A stretch of 64,000 nucleotides of DNA, taken from sequence record PP892525.1. The stretch is one strand, 5' to 3'. Positions 19,759 to 29,727 of the stretch are shown here, piece after piece (the first letter of the stretch is position 1; the number at the start of each line of letters is the position of its first letter). The stretch is from Escherichia phage vB_EcoS_I14. The translations under genes were made by a program, and so were the position numbers. The notes under the pieces were generated by a model, which saw only the letters and a list, made by a program, of their open reading frames with translations, was not told where the DNA came from and did not search any database.

Positions 19759-20040
19759 TTAGTTCTGTACTGTAAATTCATTCTTATCACAGTGAGCATA
19801 ATAATACCCGTACATACGATAAATTTTCACAGCCTTAGTAGACCCCTTCGATTCTTCATAATCGATCCAGAGCCACTTGTCTTTACCTACATAGTGTACC
19901 CGAAACTTCTTAACCTTCTTATCATTCCATGTTGCAACAACACGACGATAATCAAATCCACCCAACCAATCTAGAGCCTTACGTTCTTCACTAGGCTCTC
20001 CAAGATGGGAGACATCTACTTTAGGAAGCAACTCGCTCAT
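19759..20040 (-). CDS. hypothetical protein (93 aa)
   Basis: ORF directly downstream of the minus promoter at 20069. Confidence 0.45.
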   Translation of the reverse strand: MSELLPKVDVSHLGEPSEERKALDWLGGFDYRRVVATWNDKKVKKFRVHYVGKDKWLWIDYEESKGSTKAVKIYRMYGYYYAHCDKNEFTVQN

Positions 20041-20068
20041 AGCTTTCTCCTATCAAATTTATAAATCT

Positions 20069-20097
20069 ATTATATATAAATTTTTGGCTGAAAGCAA
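20069..20097 (-). promoter_or_regulatory. T5-type promoter (minus): -35 TTGCTT, -10 TATAAT
   Basis: plus ATTATA 20069-20074, AAGCAA 20092-20097, 17 bp spacer. Confidence 0.65.
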
Positions 20098-20132
20098 ATA
20101 AAATAAAAGCCAGGTCGACTAGCAACCCGGCT
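20098..20132 (-). terminator. rho-independent terminator (minus) after nrdD
   Basis: hairpin AGCCGGGTTGCTAGTCGACCTGGCT followed on minus strand by TTTATTTTATTT. Confidence 0.6.
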
Positions 20133-20139
20133 GATTAGC

Positions 20140-22014
20140 TTATTTAGCTCGAATATCCTGATGTTTCACCCTGCCCATAACCTCATGCTGTTTGCCTGGG
20201 TTAAATGGACGAGCACCTGGATTTCCAAGATACCCACAAACTCGACGAGTTACTTCAAGAGTTTCAGGGTCATGATTACCACAGATAGGGCACTTAAACC
20301 CATCTTCGGATGCTATTGTTTCACCTAAGAATCCACATTTACCACAAGAATCCACTGGAGTATTAATACCGAAGTAATGAACCTTACTAGCAGCATAATT
20401 AATAACCCATTCCAGTGCATCTGGGAATCGTTTCATATCCGGTAGTTCTACATAGGAAATACACCCACCAGAAGCAATCGGAGTAAAGTTAGATTCATAA
20501 TCAAATTTGACGTTAGGAGCAACTTTACGTTCCACATCAAGGTGGTGCGAGTTAGTGTAGTATCCTTTAGACAGAATATCTTCATGCTCTGGGAAATATT
20601 CACGGTCTAGACGACAAAAACGATCACATAGGGATTCTGATGGTGTAGCATACAGGCTATAACCTAACTTAGTTTCTTCCTTCTTCTGATCGACTCTATC
20701 CCGCATGTACTGCAATACACGCTGAACAAACTTGATGCAGGTCTCGGACATTGTGTCTACATCTTTGCCAAACATGAACTGTAGCATTTCATGGCAACCA
20801 ATATACCCTAGAGATACAGAAGCACGGTTATAGAAATGATCGAATACATATTCATCAGGCTCCAAGCGTAAACCAAAGGCTCCTGACATATAGAGGATAG
20901 GTGCAGCTTTAGCTTGGATGTATTTTAAGCGATCAACTCTCCACTCCAATGCTTTTAACGCTGTATCCACACGTAGCTCAAGCAAATCAAAGAATAGATC
21001 AATATTTCCTTCAGCTTCGATAGCAATTCTAGGCAAGTTTACAGAAACAACACCTAAGTTATTACGACCGGCAGTTTCACCATCTTCTGTAGCAGCTAAG
21101 AATGAACGACAGCCCATAGAAACTTTATAGTCTCCAGTAACTTCCACAACCTTATCATAGCTGATATAATCTGGATACATACGTTCAGCAGTACATTTCA
21201 TAGCTAACTTCTTGATGTCATAATTAACATCCCCTGGTTTCATATTTACGCCATCACGAAGTACAAATACCAGTTTCGGGAAGATAGCTGTACGTTTATT
21301 GATACCTAAACCATCCATGCGTACTTTGAGTATTGCTTTCTGTACTAGACGTGCTTCCCAAGAAGTTCCCAGACCAAAGCCAAAGGTAATAAATGGACTC
21401 TGACCATTAGAGTTGAACATGGTATTGATTTCATATTCTAGACCCTGACAGGCATCATAAACTTCTTTTTCAGTCATCTCCGTAGCCATTACTGATGCTT
21501 TGGCCTCATCCTTAGTCCAACGTTTTGCAAACGCATGATTTTTGTCATAGGATTTACGAACATAAGGAGCTAATACTTCATCAAGGCGATCCACGGAAGT
21601 ACCACCATACTGATGGGAACTAACCTGTGTGATAATCTGAGCTGTAATAGCCGCCGCAGTAGTGATAGAGTTTGGAGTGCTAATTTCAGCATTACCAACC
21701 TTCATACCATTCTTCAACATATCTTCCAGAGCTACCAGACAACAGTTAGTCATGCCTAATGCAGCATAATCAGCATCATGGAAATGAATATCCCCAATCA
21801 TATGAGCATTTCGAATCTGAATTGGCATTTCTTCTAGAATCAGATACTTACTCAATTCACCTGCAAGCATATCCCTTTGTGTAGGGAAACGTTCTGAGGG
21901 TTTATTGGCATTATTAAACAGCAGTTCTTCATCTGCTGACCCTTCGATAATCTCTTTGCAGTTTCTAATTAACGCCTGCATTCCTTTATACTTTAGTTCT
22001 TCATTGCGATTCAT
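20140..22014 (-). CDS. nrdD: anaerobic ribonucleoside-triphosphate reductase (class III)
   Basis: 624 aa; C-terminal glycyl-radical motif RVCGYLG; Cys cluster CGKCGF...CPICG; RBS AGGAGG. Confidence 0.9.
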   Translation of the reverse strand: MNRNEELKYKGMQALIRNCKEIIEGSADEELLFNNANKPSERFPTQRDMLAGELSKYLILEEMPIQIRNAHMIGDIHFHDADYAALGMTNCCLVALEDMLKNGMKVGNAEISTPNSITTAAAITAQIITQVSSHQYGGTSVDRLDEVLAPYVRKSYDKNHAFAKRWTKDEAKASVMATEMTEKEVYDACQGLEYEINTMFNSNGQSPFITFGFGLGTSWEARLVQKAILKVRMDGLGINKRTAIFPKLVFVLRDGVNMKPGDVNYDIKKLAMKCTAERMYPDYISYDKVVEVTGDYKVSMGCRSFLAATEDGETAGRNNLGVVSVNLPRIAIEAEGNIDLFFDLLELRVDTALKALEWRVDRLKYIQAKAAPILYMSGAFGLRLEPDEYVFDHFYNRASVSLGYIGCHEMLQFMFGKDVDTMSETCIKFVQRVLQYMRDRVDQKKEETKLGYSLYATPSESLCDRFCRLDREYFPEHEDILSKGYYTNSHHLDVERKVAPNVKFDYESNFTPIASGGCISYVELPDMKRFPDALEWVINYAASKVHYFGINTPVDSCGKCGFLGETIASEDGFKCPICGNHDPETLEVTRRVCGYLGNPGARPFNPGKQHEVMGRVKHQDIRAK

Positions 22015-22045
22015 TATACCCTCCTTCTCTAACTAAGACTACTAT

Positions 22046-22074
22046 TATAACTCATTCGAAGGCGGATGTCAACA
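22046..22074 (-). promoter_or_regulatory. consensus sigma70 promoter (minus) for nrdD: -35 TTGACA, -10 TATAAT
   Basis: plus ATTATA 22046-22051, TGTCAA 22069-22074, 17 bp spacer. Confidence 0.7.
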
Positions 22075-22123
22075 ATATTTTACTATAAAGTTCTATAACA
22101 TGATCTGAGTCAAAAAATTTTAT

Positions 22124-22152
22124 TTGCCAACCTCTACTAAAAATAGTATAAT
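22124..22152 (+). promoter_or_regulatory. T5-type promoter: -35 TTGCCA, -10 TATAAT
   Basis: 17 bp spacer; divergent from nrdD promoter. Confidence 0.6.
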
Positions 22153-22264
22153 CACGCACCCGTGTACGCGATATAAAATGATTATCTAGTACCATACATC
22201 TCCCAATAAAAGCAAGCAAATTTTTTATTTAAATGCAATATCATAGGCTTATTTAAAATTGTAG

Positions 22265-22293
22265 TTGCTTTCTCCCGTATATATTGGTATAAT
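22265..22293 (+). promoter_or_regulatory. T5-type promoter: -35 TTGCTT, -10 TATAAT
   Basis: 17 bp spacer; about 75 nt upstream of phoH. Confidence 0.65.
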
Positions 22294-22366
22294 ATATTTG
22301 TAAGTTGATAAACAAGATCTTTTTGTTGATCCTCTGTTAGCGAAGTACACTATAGGAGTGTTATTT

Positions 22367-23119
22367 ATGGGAAAAGCACGTCAAAAAAGAGAGAACCGCA
22401 ATGGTTCAAGAAAGCGTGGCAACAAGTACGAGAGTAACGTAATTCAAGCAGATTTCTCTGGTGATTACGCCAATCCAGTTGCTAAATCCCTAGTTGGTAA
22501 AAACCGTGAGCAAAAATCATATATCAATATGATCAAGAACAACACAGTGACTGTGGGTATCGGTGAACCAGGTACTGGTAAAACCTTTATCCCGTCCGTT
22601 CTTGCAGCTCAGGAACTCGTAGACATTCACTCAGATATTGAGCAAGTGATCCTCGTGCGTCCGAACGAACCTCTAGGTAAATCTCTTGGTATGCTCCCAG
22701 GTGATCTAGCAGAAAAGCTAGAGCCTTGGTTGGAACCAATAGCCGATGGCATGAAATGGGCAATCGGTGATCACGCCTATAAAGGATATGTCGAACGTCA
22801 GAAAATCAAATTCCTGGCTATCGAACATGCCCGTGGCCGAACTTTCAACAACTCCTATGTAATTGTCGATGAAGCTCAGAATATTTCCGTTGAGGCAATG
22901 ATTTGTCTTCTAACTCGTGTAGGGCAAGACTGCCGTTTAATTATCTGCGGAGATATAGCTCAGAAAGACATTAAAGGTGACTCAGGTCTAGCACTCCTTA
23001 TGGAAGTCTATGAGAAATACGAAAATGCCCCATTCTCAATGATCGAATTGATTGATAACGTTCGTTCTGTTGAGTCTAAAGCATTCTATGACATCTTTAA
23101 AGACATGGGGAAGGTGTAA
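22367..23119 (+). CDS. phoH: PhoH-like ATPase
   Basis: Walker A GEPGTGKTF, Walker B VIVDEAQN; ATG at 22367 with RBS AGGAG. Confidence 0.85.
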   Translation: MGKARQKRENRNGSRKRGNKYESNVIQADFSGDYANPVAKSLVGKNREQKSYINMIKNNTVTVGIGEPGTGKTFIPSVLAAQELVDIHSDIEQVILVRPNEPLGKSLGMLPGDLAEKLEPWLEPIADGMKWAIGDHAYKGYVERQKIKFLAIEHARGRTFNNSYVIVDEAQNISVEAMICLLTRVGQDCRLIICGDIAQKDIKGDSGLALLMEVYEKYENAPFSMIELIDNVRSVESKAFYDIFKDMGKV

Positions 23120-23120
23120 T

Positions 23121-23342
23121 ATGGGAAACGTCGTTCATCTGAGCCGTAAAACTAAAATACATCGTACTTCACTGAGTGCTGCTAATATAATTACACGTAA
23201 GGAAGGGGAAGAAAGTCCTAAGACAACCCTAGCGTGGAAAATTGTAACCTCAAATCCAAATAAACCATTCAATTATAATGAGCTGAGCACCTCCATAGAT
23301 ATTCTATTAAAAGAAGTGGCTAGAGCTAAAATAATTGAATAA
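23121..23342 (+). CDS. hypothetical protein (73 aa)
   Basis: ATG immediately after phoH stop. Confidence 0.45.
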   Translation: MGNVVHLSRKTKIHRTSLSAANIITRKEGEESPKTTLAWKIVTSNPNKPFNYNELSTSIDILLKEVARAKIIE

Positions 23343-23417
23343 ACTAAAAAGCTAGACTGGTAATATACAGGGCCTGGGTATGAAAATACTCGGGCCTTTT
23401 CTATCAGAAAATTTTAT

Positions 23418-23446
23418 TTGCCTAATGACCGATAATAAAGTAGAAT
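23418..23446 (+). promoter_or_regulatory. promoter: -35 TTGCCT, -10 TAGAAT
   Basis: 17 bp spacer; upstream of nrdA. Confidence 0.5.
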
Positions 23447-23475
23447 ATTCCTTAAATCCTGATAACTATAAAAAG

Positions 23476-25815
23476 GAAAGCCAAATGAGCCATCGCATTG
23501 AAAAAGTAATTAAACGTGACGGTACTGTAGAAGACTTTGCTCCTGAAAAAATCAATGGTTGGGCAGAGTATGGGTGCAAAACAGTTGATGTAAGTTGGTC
23601 AGCCATTACTATGGCTGCTCAAAAAACTCTGCCTAAAGGGGTTGTAGATTCCGACACTCTGATGGATGCATTAATTAAAGCTGCTGAAAGTCTTATTAAA
23701 GATAATCCAGCATATGATGTGCCAGCAAAGGAATTACGTCTTGCGCAAATGCGTAAACGCCTTTATGACTCTTTCGAACCACCTTCTCTACGCTTCTTCC
23801 ATGACCATATGGTTAGCGTAGGTGCATGGGAAGACATGAGTGCATGGATTACCGATGAGCAATTTGAAGCTCTGAATCAGGTTATCGACCATGACCGTGA
23901 CCGTCTTTTTACTAGTGGTGGGCTGAAGCAGTTCTTTGATAAGTATTCCCGTCGTAACATAGCCACTGGTGAAATTTACGAAACCCCGCAGTTTGCCTAC
24001 ATGGGTATGGCAATGGCGATGCTTTCTCAACCTAACTGGACAATTCTAGATGCAATCGACCTCTACAACGCAATGTCACTCCACAAAATCAACGTTCCTA
24101 CGCCGCCACTGGTTGGTCTGCGCTCTAGTGACCGTGGATTTGCTAGTTGCTGCCTCGTGGATTCCACTGACACGTTGGATTCAATCGACACCGCCGAGCA
24201 CATCGTCTTCAAAATGGTCGCAGCCAGAGCGGGAATCGGGTATCATCTTGAAAGCCGATCAATTGCTGATCCGGTGCGAAATGGGGCATTCCCGCATTCC
24301 GGAAAACTGCCATATTATCGACACATTGACCGCTCAGTAAAGGCCAATACTCAGCAAACTCGTGGTGGTTCTGCTACAGTGTCTTATCCGTACTTCGACC
24401 CTGAAATCATTCAATTGATGCAGGTTAAGCAACAACGTGCTACAGATGAGAATAAAATTGATAAGATGGATTATTCTCTAAGCTTTAACAATCTTTTGTT
24501 AAAACGTTATCTTAAAAACGAAGATATTACGCTAATGTCATACTTCTATGCTCCAGAAGTTCATGAAGCGTTTTATAGTGATGACGAGGCTAAATTTGAA
24601 GAAATCTACGTGGCAGCGGAGAAACGTGTGGCATCTCTTACAAAGATCGACCACGAAGGAAAAACAGTTCCAGCAGCTCCTAAAGTCTCTGCAAAAGAAA
24701 TCCTAGATACTTGGCTACGTATCCGAATGGAAACAGGACGTATGTATGCTCATCACATTGGGGAATCTAATCGTCACGGTAACTTCCTTGATCCGATCCG
24801 TATGACAAACCTTTGTGTTGAAATTACTCAGCCTACACGCCCGTTCCATCACATTACAGAGCTGTACAAGACAAAAGAGCAGCTTAATCAGATGAAGCCG
24901 GAGGATATTGGTGAAGTATCCCTGTGTAACTTAGGTGGTGTTGTACTTGGACGCATGGAATCTCTGGCTGAGTGGGAAAAAACTTGCTACATCCTTCTGA
25001 AGTTTGTTGATACAATTATTGAAATTCAGGATTACCCGTTCCCAACTATGGAATATACGGCTAAGAAACGTCGTAATGTTGGTATTGGCCTGATGAACGC
25101 AGCAGGTGCAATGGCAGCAGAAGGTCTGGCTTACGAAGGTATTGAAGCTCGTAACTGGATCCACCGTGAGGCTGAAAAACTGTCTTACTTCCTGCATAAA
25201 GCCTCTGTACGCCTGGCTAAGGAACAGGGTGCATGTGAGTGGTTTGATCGTACTAAACCATCTAAAGGAATTCTGGTAATCGACACGTACAAGAAAACTG
25301 TTGATGAGTTGGTATCCGTAGGTCTAGAAATGGACTGGGAGTCTCTGCGTGCAGATATTCTGAAATACGGTATGCGTAACTCTGTTCTGACTGCTCAGAT
25401 GCCAGGAGAAAGTTCTTCTGTTCTGTTAGGTGTTACTAACTCTATTGAACCGCCTCGTAAGATTGTATCTATCAAGGGTAGTGCAGTGAATAAAGTAATT
25501 GCAATTGCCCCGGGTGCAACCGATTGGGAAACGTTAATGAGCTATAAACTGGCTTATGATGTAGATCGTATAGAGTGGATCAAATGGGTAGCAACTATGC
25601 AGAAATTCTTCAGTCAGTCTATCAGTACGAATATGTACTATGACTACACCAAGTTTGAGAATGAAATCATTCCTGGCCCAGTAGTAGTTCGTGATTTCAT
25701 GACTGCTGTTAAATACGGGTGGAAAACTTGGTATTATGCTAACTTCAACACCGCAAATGGTGGTGGTGCTGGAGAAGAAGCAGCCGGTTGTGCATCAGGC
25801 GGTTGTACTATTTAA
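23476..25815 (+). CDS. nrdA: ribonucleoside-diphosphate reductase large subunit (class Ia)
   Basis: N-terminal ATP-cone KRDGTVEDF; about 780 aa; RBS AAAGGAAAG; ATG at 23380 lies upstream of the promoter and was not used. Confidence 0.9.
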   Translation, partial: ESQMSHRIEKVIKRDGTVEDFAPEKINGWAEYGCKTVDVSWSAITMAAQKTLPKGVVDSDTLMDALIKAAESLIKDNPAYDVPAKELRLAQMRKRLYDSFEPPSLRFFHDHMVSVGAWEDMSAWITDEQFEALNQVIDHDRDRLFTSGGLKQFFDKYSRRNIATGEIYETPQFAYMGMAMAMLSQPNWTILDAIDLYNAMSLHKINVPTPPLVGLRSSDRGFASCCLVDSTDTLDSIDTAEHIVFKMVAARAGIGYHLESRSIADPVRNGAFPHSGKLPYYRHIDRSVKANTQQTRGGSATVSYPYFDPEIIQLMQVKQQRATDENKIDKMDYSLSFNNLLLKRYLKNEDITLMSYFYAPEVHEAFYSDDEAKFEEIYVAAEKRVASLTKIDHEGKTVPAAPKVSAKEILDTWLRIRMETGRMYAHHIGESNRHGNFLDPIRMTNLCVEITQPTRPFHHITELYKTKEQLNQMKPEDIGEVSLCNLGGVVLGRMESLAEWEKTCYILLKFVDTIIEIQDYPFPTMEYTAKKRRNVGIGLMNAAGAMAAEGLAYEGIEARNWIHREAEKLSYFLHKASVRLAKEQGACEWFDRTKPSKGILVIDTYKKTVDELVSVGLEMDWESLRADILKYGMRNSVLTAQMPGESSSVLLGVTNSIEPPRKIVSIKGSAVNKVIAIAPGATDWETLMSYKLAYDVDRIEWIKWVATMQKFFSQSISTNMYYDYTKFENEIIPGPVVVRDFMTAVKYGWKTWYYANFNTANGGGAGEEAAGCASGGCTI

Positions 25816-25821
25816 TAAAAA

Positions 25822-25850
25822 CAAGGGGATCTTCGGGTCTCCTTTTTCTT
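25822..25850 (+). terminator. rho-independent terminator after nrdA
   Basis: hairpin around GGGGATCTTCGGGTCTCC followed by TTTTTCTTT. Confidence 0.55.
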
Positions 25851-25861
25851 TGAAATTTTAC

Positions 25862-25890
25862 TTGCTAATCGCTACCAGATTTGCTATAAT
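25862..25890 (+). promoter_or_regulatory. T5-type promoter: -35 TTGCTA, -10 TATAAT
   Basis: 17 bp spacer; RBS GAGAAAGAGGAAA before nrdB. Confidence 0.7.
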
Positions 25891-25921
25891 ATTCCTGAAA
25901 TAGTGAGAAAGAGGAAAATCA

Positions 25922-27067
25922 ATGACTACTTTACTAAACCTGAACTGGGATCATACTAACGCTGACCTTTTCCTGGGAGATTCTCTCGGTATCGCAGATT
26001 ATGTACGTGTAGCACATCCAGAACTAGAACGTCTGGCACTACTGCAACGCTCTCAATTTTGGACTGAAACTGAAATCAGTCTGGAAGCAGATAAGAAACA
26101 ATGGCCTAATCTCCCACGTGAAATTCAGGAAATTACACTCCTGAACTTAGCATGGCAAACCCAAACCGACTCCTTTATCAGTCGTGCCCCTGAAGCAGCT
26201 ATTATGCCGCTTGTAAGTCGTCCAGAATTGGAAGGTATGCTCAAGCAGTGGAGCTACTTCGAAGATCTGCATAGTCGTGCTTATAGTAATATTATTCGTA
26301 ATGTGCTGACTGATCCAGCAGAATTTATTGATTCTGTAACCAAAAATCAAGAAGCATTCGCACGAATCGCTGATTCTGTTGAGCTATTTGATGAGCTATA
26401 TCAGTTAGGCCAGTATTTCATCGCAGTACGCGATCATCGTGGTGACAATACATATCCAGAAACTGAGTTCCCTGAAGTTAAACGTGAAACTCAGGCTAAA
26501 CTATTAGACGCTTACTTTGCGATCTATGGTCTGGAAGCAATGCAGTTTTACGCATCCTTTGCATGTACTTTTGCATTAGCAGAGAATGATATTCTGCAAG
26601 GTATTGCTAAAAATCTGCAATTAATCGCTAAAGATGAAGCTCTGCACACTCAGATGTCCAAAGCAATCATCCAGATTATGTTCCAGCAGTTTGACAAAGA
26701 TCTGGTGGATGAAGCAGTGGCTAAAGCACCAGCACAGCTCCTGAAAACTCTGAAAACTGAAATTGAATGGGGTCATTTCATTTTCAAAGGTCGTAGTCTG
26801 ATTGGCTTGAATGCAGAACTTCTAGAAGAATATCTGTACTTTGTGGGGCGTAATGCATTTATGCACATCGGTGTAGAATGGCCTAGTCATTTACCAGTAA
26901 TCACCAAGAACCCCATTCCGTGGATCATGAACTGGCTGGATACCACTTCTTTACAGCCTGCTCCACAAGAAATCCAGATTGGTGCAGCATATCGTGTAGG
27001 TCAAGTCACCGAAACCTCTACTGATACTCTGAAAGATCTGGGTAATGAATTTGGAGATTTCTTATGA
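25922..27067 (+). CDS. nrdB: ribonucleoside-diphosphate reductase small subunit
   Basis: 381 aa; ferritin-like di-iron helices with E/H ligands; follows nrdA. Confidence 0.85.
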   Translation: MTTLLNLNWDHTNADLFLGDSLGIADYVRVAHPELERLALLQRSQFWTETEISLEADKKQWPNLPREIQEITLLNLAWQTQTDSFISRAPEAAIMPLVSRPELEGMLKQWSYFEDLHSRAYSNIIRNVLTDPAEFIDSVTKNQEAFARIADSVELFDELYQLGQYFIAVRDHRGDNTYPETEFPEVKRETQAKLLDAYFAIYGLEAMQFYASFACTFALAENDILQGIAKNLQLIAKDEALHTQMSKAIIQIMFQQFDKDLVDEAVAKAPAQLLKTLKTEIEWGHFIFKGRSLIGLNAELLEEYLYFVGRNAFMHIGVEWPSHLPVITKNPIPWIMNWLDTTSLQPAPQEIQIGAAYRVGQVTETSTDTLKDLGNEFGDFL

Positions 27068-27597
27068 TTACAGCAATGTATGCAGTTGGGCCGAATGGGG
27101 AGTTCGGCCTCCACGGTAAACTTCCGTGGGGTTCCTTCAAAGAAGAACTAGATGCTTTCTATTCTCAACTGGACGTGTTGAATCCAGATAACATCATCAT
27201 TGGTGCTGGTACTTATTTAGCTCTTCCATACGCCGTTAGGGAACGTATGATTGGAGCTTCTGATCTATTTATTCGTGCTGATCGTCCACTGCCAGACGAT
27301 ATTACACATGGTATTTACACCCCAATTTCTAAGATTGGGGATACATTGCCTACGTTCTTAAAAGATCAACAGACAGTGGTTTTAGGTGGCGCAACATTAC
27401 TGTACGAAATGTATATTCACGGTCATATTGAAAGTGCTTTCGTATCCACAATCTTTAGTGATCAAAAACTAGAGGCAGATGTACATCTGGATAATACGAT
27501 TCTAGATTACAACTATGAATCTACTCGTTTAGTTTACGCAACTGGCGCAAACAGTGATAACAGCCTGCGATTTGTACAGGAATTGGTTACTTATTAA
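27064..27597 (+). CDS. dihydrofolate reductase
   Basis: N-terminus AVGPNGEFGLHGKLPW matches the DHFR glycine-rich signature; start overlaps nrdB stop. Confidence 0.75.
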   Translation: MITAMYAVGPNGEFGLHGKLPWGSFKEELDAFYSQLDVLNPDNIIIGAGTYLALPYAVRERMIGASDLFIRADRPLPDDITHGIYTPISKIGDTLPTFLKDQQTVVLGGATLLYEMYIHGHIESAFVSTIFSDQKLEADVHLDNTILDYNYESTRLVYATGANSDNSLRFVQELVTY

Positions 27598-28436
27598 TGC
27601 AACAATATTTAAAAATTCTAACAGATGTAATTTTACTGGGTGAACCACGTAACGATCGTACAGGAACAGGCACAGTTTCAATTTTCGATTCCTATGCTAA
27701 GTTCGACCTACGTGAAGGATTCCCTGCCGTAACTACTAAACGTCTAGCTTGGAAATCGGTAGTTGGGGAACTCTTATGGTTCCTATCTGGATCTACAAAT
27801 CTCCATGATCTGCGTGTATTCACGTTTGGGCGTGACCAAGGACAGTGGACTATCTGGACCCCAAATTATGAAGACCAAGCTATAAGCATGGGTTATGACA
27901 ATGGTAATCTAGGACCAGTATACGGTAAACAATGGCGCAACTTTGGCGGACGAGATCAGATTTTAGAACTCATTGAGGGACTCAATAATAATCCACATAG
28001 TCGTAGACACCTAGTATCTGCATGGAACGTTGCTGAACTGGATAAGATGGCACTACCACCATGTCATTATGGTTTTCAGTGTTACGTAAGTAATGATGGA
28101 TACCTAGATCTTAAATGGACACAACGTTCTGTAGACTGTTTTCTAGGCCTACCTTTCAATATTGCTAGTTATGCTTTATTAACACATATACTAGCAAAAC
28201 TGACTGGACTAAAACCTCGTTATCTCATCTTTAGTGGTGGAGATACACATATTTACAGTGATCATATAGAGCAAGTAGAGGAGCAAATGAAACGTAAACC
28301 ACGTCCTCTGCCAACTCTAGTAATGCCAGAATTTGTAGATCTCTATGATTTATTAGAGAATAATACTGCGGCTTGGTCCTTCCAGCTTGAAGGATATGAT
28401 CCGCATCCAGCTCTTAAAGCTAAAATGTCTTCTTAA
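27597..28436 (+). CDS. thyA: thymidylate synthase
   Basis: active-site Cys in MALPPCHY; conserved RRHLVSAWN and DTHIY segments. Confidence 0.9.
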   Translation: MQQYLKILTDVILLGEPRNDRTGTGTVSIFDSYAKFDLREGFPAVTTKRLAWKSVVGELLWFLSGSTNLHDLRVFTFGRDQGQWTIWTPNYEDQAISMGYDNGNLGPVYGKQWRNFGGRDQILELIEGLNNNPHSRRHLVSAWNVAELDKMALPPCHYGFQCYVSNDGYLDLKWTQRSVDCFLGLPFNIASYALLTHILAKLTGLKPRYLIFSGGDTHIYSDHIEQVEEQMKRKPRPLPTLVMPEFVDLYDLLENNTAAWSFQLEGYDPHPALKAKMSS

Positions 28437-28440
28437 TTTA

Positions 28441-28470
28441 AATAGCCCTTCGGGGCTATTATATTTAAAT
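28441..28470 (+). terminator. rho-independent terminator after thyA
   Basis: hairpin TAGCCCTTCGGGGCTA followed by T-rich tract. Confidence 0.6.
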
Positions 28471-28475
28471 TTCAT

Positions 28476-28504
28476 TTGCTTATTTAGTGAAATTTAAATA
28501 TAAT
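28476..28504 (+). promoter_or_regulatory. T5-type promoter: -35 TTGCTT, -10 TATAAT
   Basis: 17 bp spacer. Confidence 0.7.
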
Positions 28505-28529
28505 ATATTTTATAAATTGGAGGTATATA

Positions 28530-28811
28530 ATGATTTCAGCCAAAGAAGCTCAAGAACTTGCAGGATTAACAGAAGTACCCGCATTTCTAAAGTTTATAGA
28601 AGAAAAGATTGTAGAAGCTGCTAAGTCTGGAAATACAGAAGTAATTATTCGAGATAATCCTTACGCTAGGTGGCTATATAATCCTAGAGAAATGCCAGGA
28701 GCCGCTAAATCGGTACTAAAAACCTTATCGGATAAGGGGTATCATCTCTCACAATACTACCGAGAAGCCGCCTTTGTAGACATGGGTCTTAAAATTAGTT
28801 GGGAGGTATAA
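28530..28811 (+). CDS. hypothetical protein (93 aa)
   Basis: RBS GGAGG before ATG. Confidence 0.5.
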   Translation: MISAKEAQELAGLTEVPAFLKFIEEKIVEAAKSGNTEVIIRDNPYARWLYNPREMPGAAKSVLKTLSDKGYHLSQYYREAAFVDMGLKISWEV

Positions 28812-29287
28812 TGTCGGTTTTCCACATTTACACAGATGGTGCTTGTAAGTCTAACCCAGGTCCGGGTGCTTGGGGTTTTATTGTCTATGATGGTAACGAC
28901 GATCGTTTAGGTTCTAAATCTGGTTATAATCCTAAAACCACAAATAATGAGATGGAACTCACAGCTATCGTAGAAGCCCTACGTTGGTCTGTTAAAAAAG
29001 ATAATAGACCAATTGCTATCTATACTGACTCTGCTTATTGCAAAAATGGCATGGAAAGTTGGATGTTTTCTTGGCAAAGGAAAGGCTGGAAGAAAGCAGA
29101 TGGTGAAGTCCCTCTTAATCTAGAACTTTGGCAGGAAGCATTTAAATTAACACAGCAGTATATCAACTTTCATAATACTAACCCTACCTTTATTAAGGTT
29201 AAAGGACATTCTGGTATTAGTGGTAATGAAGCTGTAGATGCATTGTGTAACACAGTTATTACTGAAGCTGAAATGGCTGAGATGTGA
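28811..29287 (+). CDS. rnh: ribonuclease H (RNase HI family)
   Basis: HIYTDGACKSNPGPGAWG and TNNEMEL motifs; ATG at 28811 with RBS GGGAGG. Confidence 0.8.
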   Translation: MSVFHIYTDGACKSNPGPGAWGFIVYDGNDDRLGSKSGYNPKTTNNEMELTAIVEALRWSVKKDNRPIAIYTDSAYCKNGMESWMFSWQRKGWKKADGEVPLNLELWQEAFKLTQQYINFHNTNPTFIKVKGHSGISGNEAVDALCNTVITEAEMAEM

Positions 29288-29307
29288 TAAATAAATTAAA
29301 AATTTTC

Positions 29308-29336
29308 TTGCTTAAAGCCCTCTAATTTAGTATAAT
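29308..29336 (+). promoter_or_regulatory. T5-type promoter: -35 TTGCTT, -10 TATAAT
   Basis: 17 bp spacer. Confidence 0.7.
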
Positions 29337-29363
29337 ATTCTTATTGAAAGTGAGGAGGGCTTT

Positions 29364-29642
29364 ATGCGAATTTATAACTCAAATTCACTAGGATTTAAAC
29401 CATTGAGAAAACGTGCACAATCACCTCGTCAAATAAGAAAGGCTAATATTGGTGAGCCAGAAACACGTCTTCCACCTCCTCCAGAGCAACGTTTAGTTTA
29501 TCTGGATGAAGAATTAGCTGAACGCGAAAGAAAAGCTCAGGAAGAGATTGAGCGTAAGAAAATGTGTACTGCTCCGGCGTATAATAAAGGAGCGTATCAA
29601 TATGTCTCAGATGCTGAACAAGCTAAGATGGTTGGTAGATAA
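29364..29642 (+). CDS. hypothetical protein (92 aa)
   Basis: RBS GAGGAGGG. Confidence 0.5.
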   Translation: MRIYNSNSLGFKPLRKRAQSPRQIRKANIGEPETRLPPPPEQRLVYLDEELAERERKAQEEIERKKMCTAPAYNKGAYQYVSDAEQAKMVGR

Positions 29643-29660
29643 TTTTTAAAAAAAATTCAT

Positions 29661-29689
29661 TTGCTAAACGCTTCAAATTCTCGTATAAT
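29661..29689 (+). promoter_or_regulatory. T5-type promoter: -35 TTGCTA, -10 TATAAT
   Basis: 17 bp spacer; downstream CATAAATTGATAAAC. Confidence 0.7.
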
Positions 29690-29727
29690 ATACTTCATAA
29701 ATTGATAAACAAAAAGGAAAATAAATA

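Noticed and set aside
20140-22014. NrdG activase gene adjacent to nrdD
   Set aside because: No neighbouring ORF has a CxxxCxxC radical-SAM motif; recorded as absent in this window rather than annotated.
23380-23475. ATG at 23380 as the nrdA start
   Set aside because: It lies upstream of the promoter at 23418-23446 and has no RBS; ATG 23476 has an RBS and gives the expected KRDG N-terminus.
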